A stretch of DNA of 63,702 bases, the filler included, from Octopus bimaculoides (Eukaryota), in NCBI RefSeq assembly GCF_001194135.2. It is 8 parts of 7 records of this genome, joined end to end, with 100 filler letters (N's around TTAATTAATTAA, not from the genome) between each part and the next. Parts side by side here need not be neighbours in the genome. Positions count along the whole stretch, not along the records: positions 62,028 to 63,702 come from NW_026307601.1; 7 more parts are not named here. One strand, given 5' to 3'. This document shows positions 63,073-63,702 of the stretch, one piece after another (positions within the stretch are counted from its first letter, which is position 1; the number at the start of each line of letters is the position of its first letter). Position numbers and translations under genes: made by a program. The notes under the pieces are model-generated. The model had not been told where the DNA came from, did no database searches, and saw only the letters and a program-made list of their open reading frames with translations.

Positions 63073-63702
63073 ATGGTTGTATGTATGTATGTATATGTGT
63101 GTATGTATCGTTGTATACTCGTATGTATGTATGCATATAGGTGTGTGTATGTACTTATATATATGCATGTATATACATATATATATATATAAATACAGGT
63201 ATATTTATATACAAACGTACATGCATAAATACATACATAACTAAATAAATATGTGCATACATAGATACATGCATGCATGCATACATACATACATACATAC
63301 ATACATACATTGATTGTACATGATTGTTCGTGTATATATGTATAAATGATTGTATTTTTATGATTATGCATACACTGTTGTATAGTCGTGTGAATGCGCG
63401 TATGTATATTTTTGTTCGGGAATTATAAAAGTTTTTCCCTTCCAGAATATAAACAGATCACCAACAAAACGACAAGACACTTTTGTTCAAGTTTGGGGTC
63501 TTGTGGTCGCACAAATTATTTGACGTAGCACATGCATGTGTGTGAATATATCTGAGAGTTTGTGTGCGTGTACGTACGTATGTATGTATGTATGTATGTA
63601 TGTATGTATGCATGCTTGTGTAAGTACGTATGTATATATATATGTATGTACTTATGTATGTATGTATGTATGTACGTATGTGTGTATGTATGTATATATG
63701 TA

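Overview
AT-rich, microsatellite-saturated animal genomic DNA with many N gaps. The repeat landscape (tRNA-derived SINEs with internal (TA)n/(TG)n, RTE, R4/Dong and HERO LINE relics, mariner, maT, Chapaev, piggyBac and Helitron relics) most resembles an Octopus assembly; this species call is an inference. Seven artificial 100-bp spacers (44 N + TTAATTAATTAA + 44 N) split the window into eight blocks whose order and orientation should not be trusted. No complete host gene is visible. The 19.8-45.3 kb block carries a phase-consistent chain of short minus-strand exons, including a 14-nt microexon with a duplicated decayed copy, that predicts alternative C-termini of an unidentified protein. A plausible first coding exon of a second gene lies at 53176-53295 (+). 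The most striking signal is a cluster of minimal type I hammerhead-ribozyme folds in short Penelope-like, inverted-repeat elements. The best one is on the minus strand at 11829-11874, with others at 11572-11607 and 14353-14520. Also notable are a duplicated unit carrying pre-miRNA-like hairpins (8530-9182), a solo LTR with ETS sites, and several fold-back MITEs. All calls were made by eye from the sequence; no database search was run.
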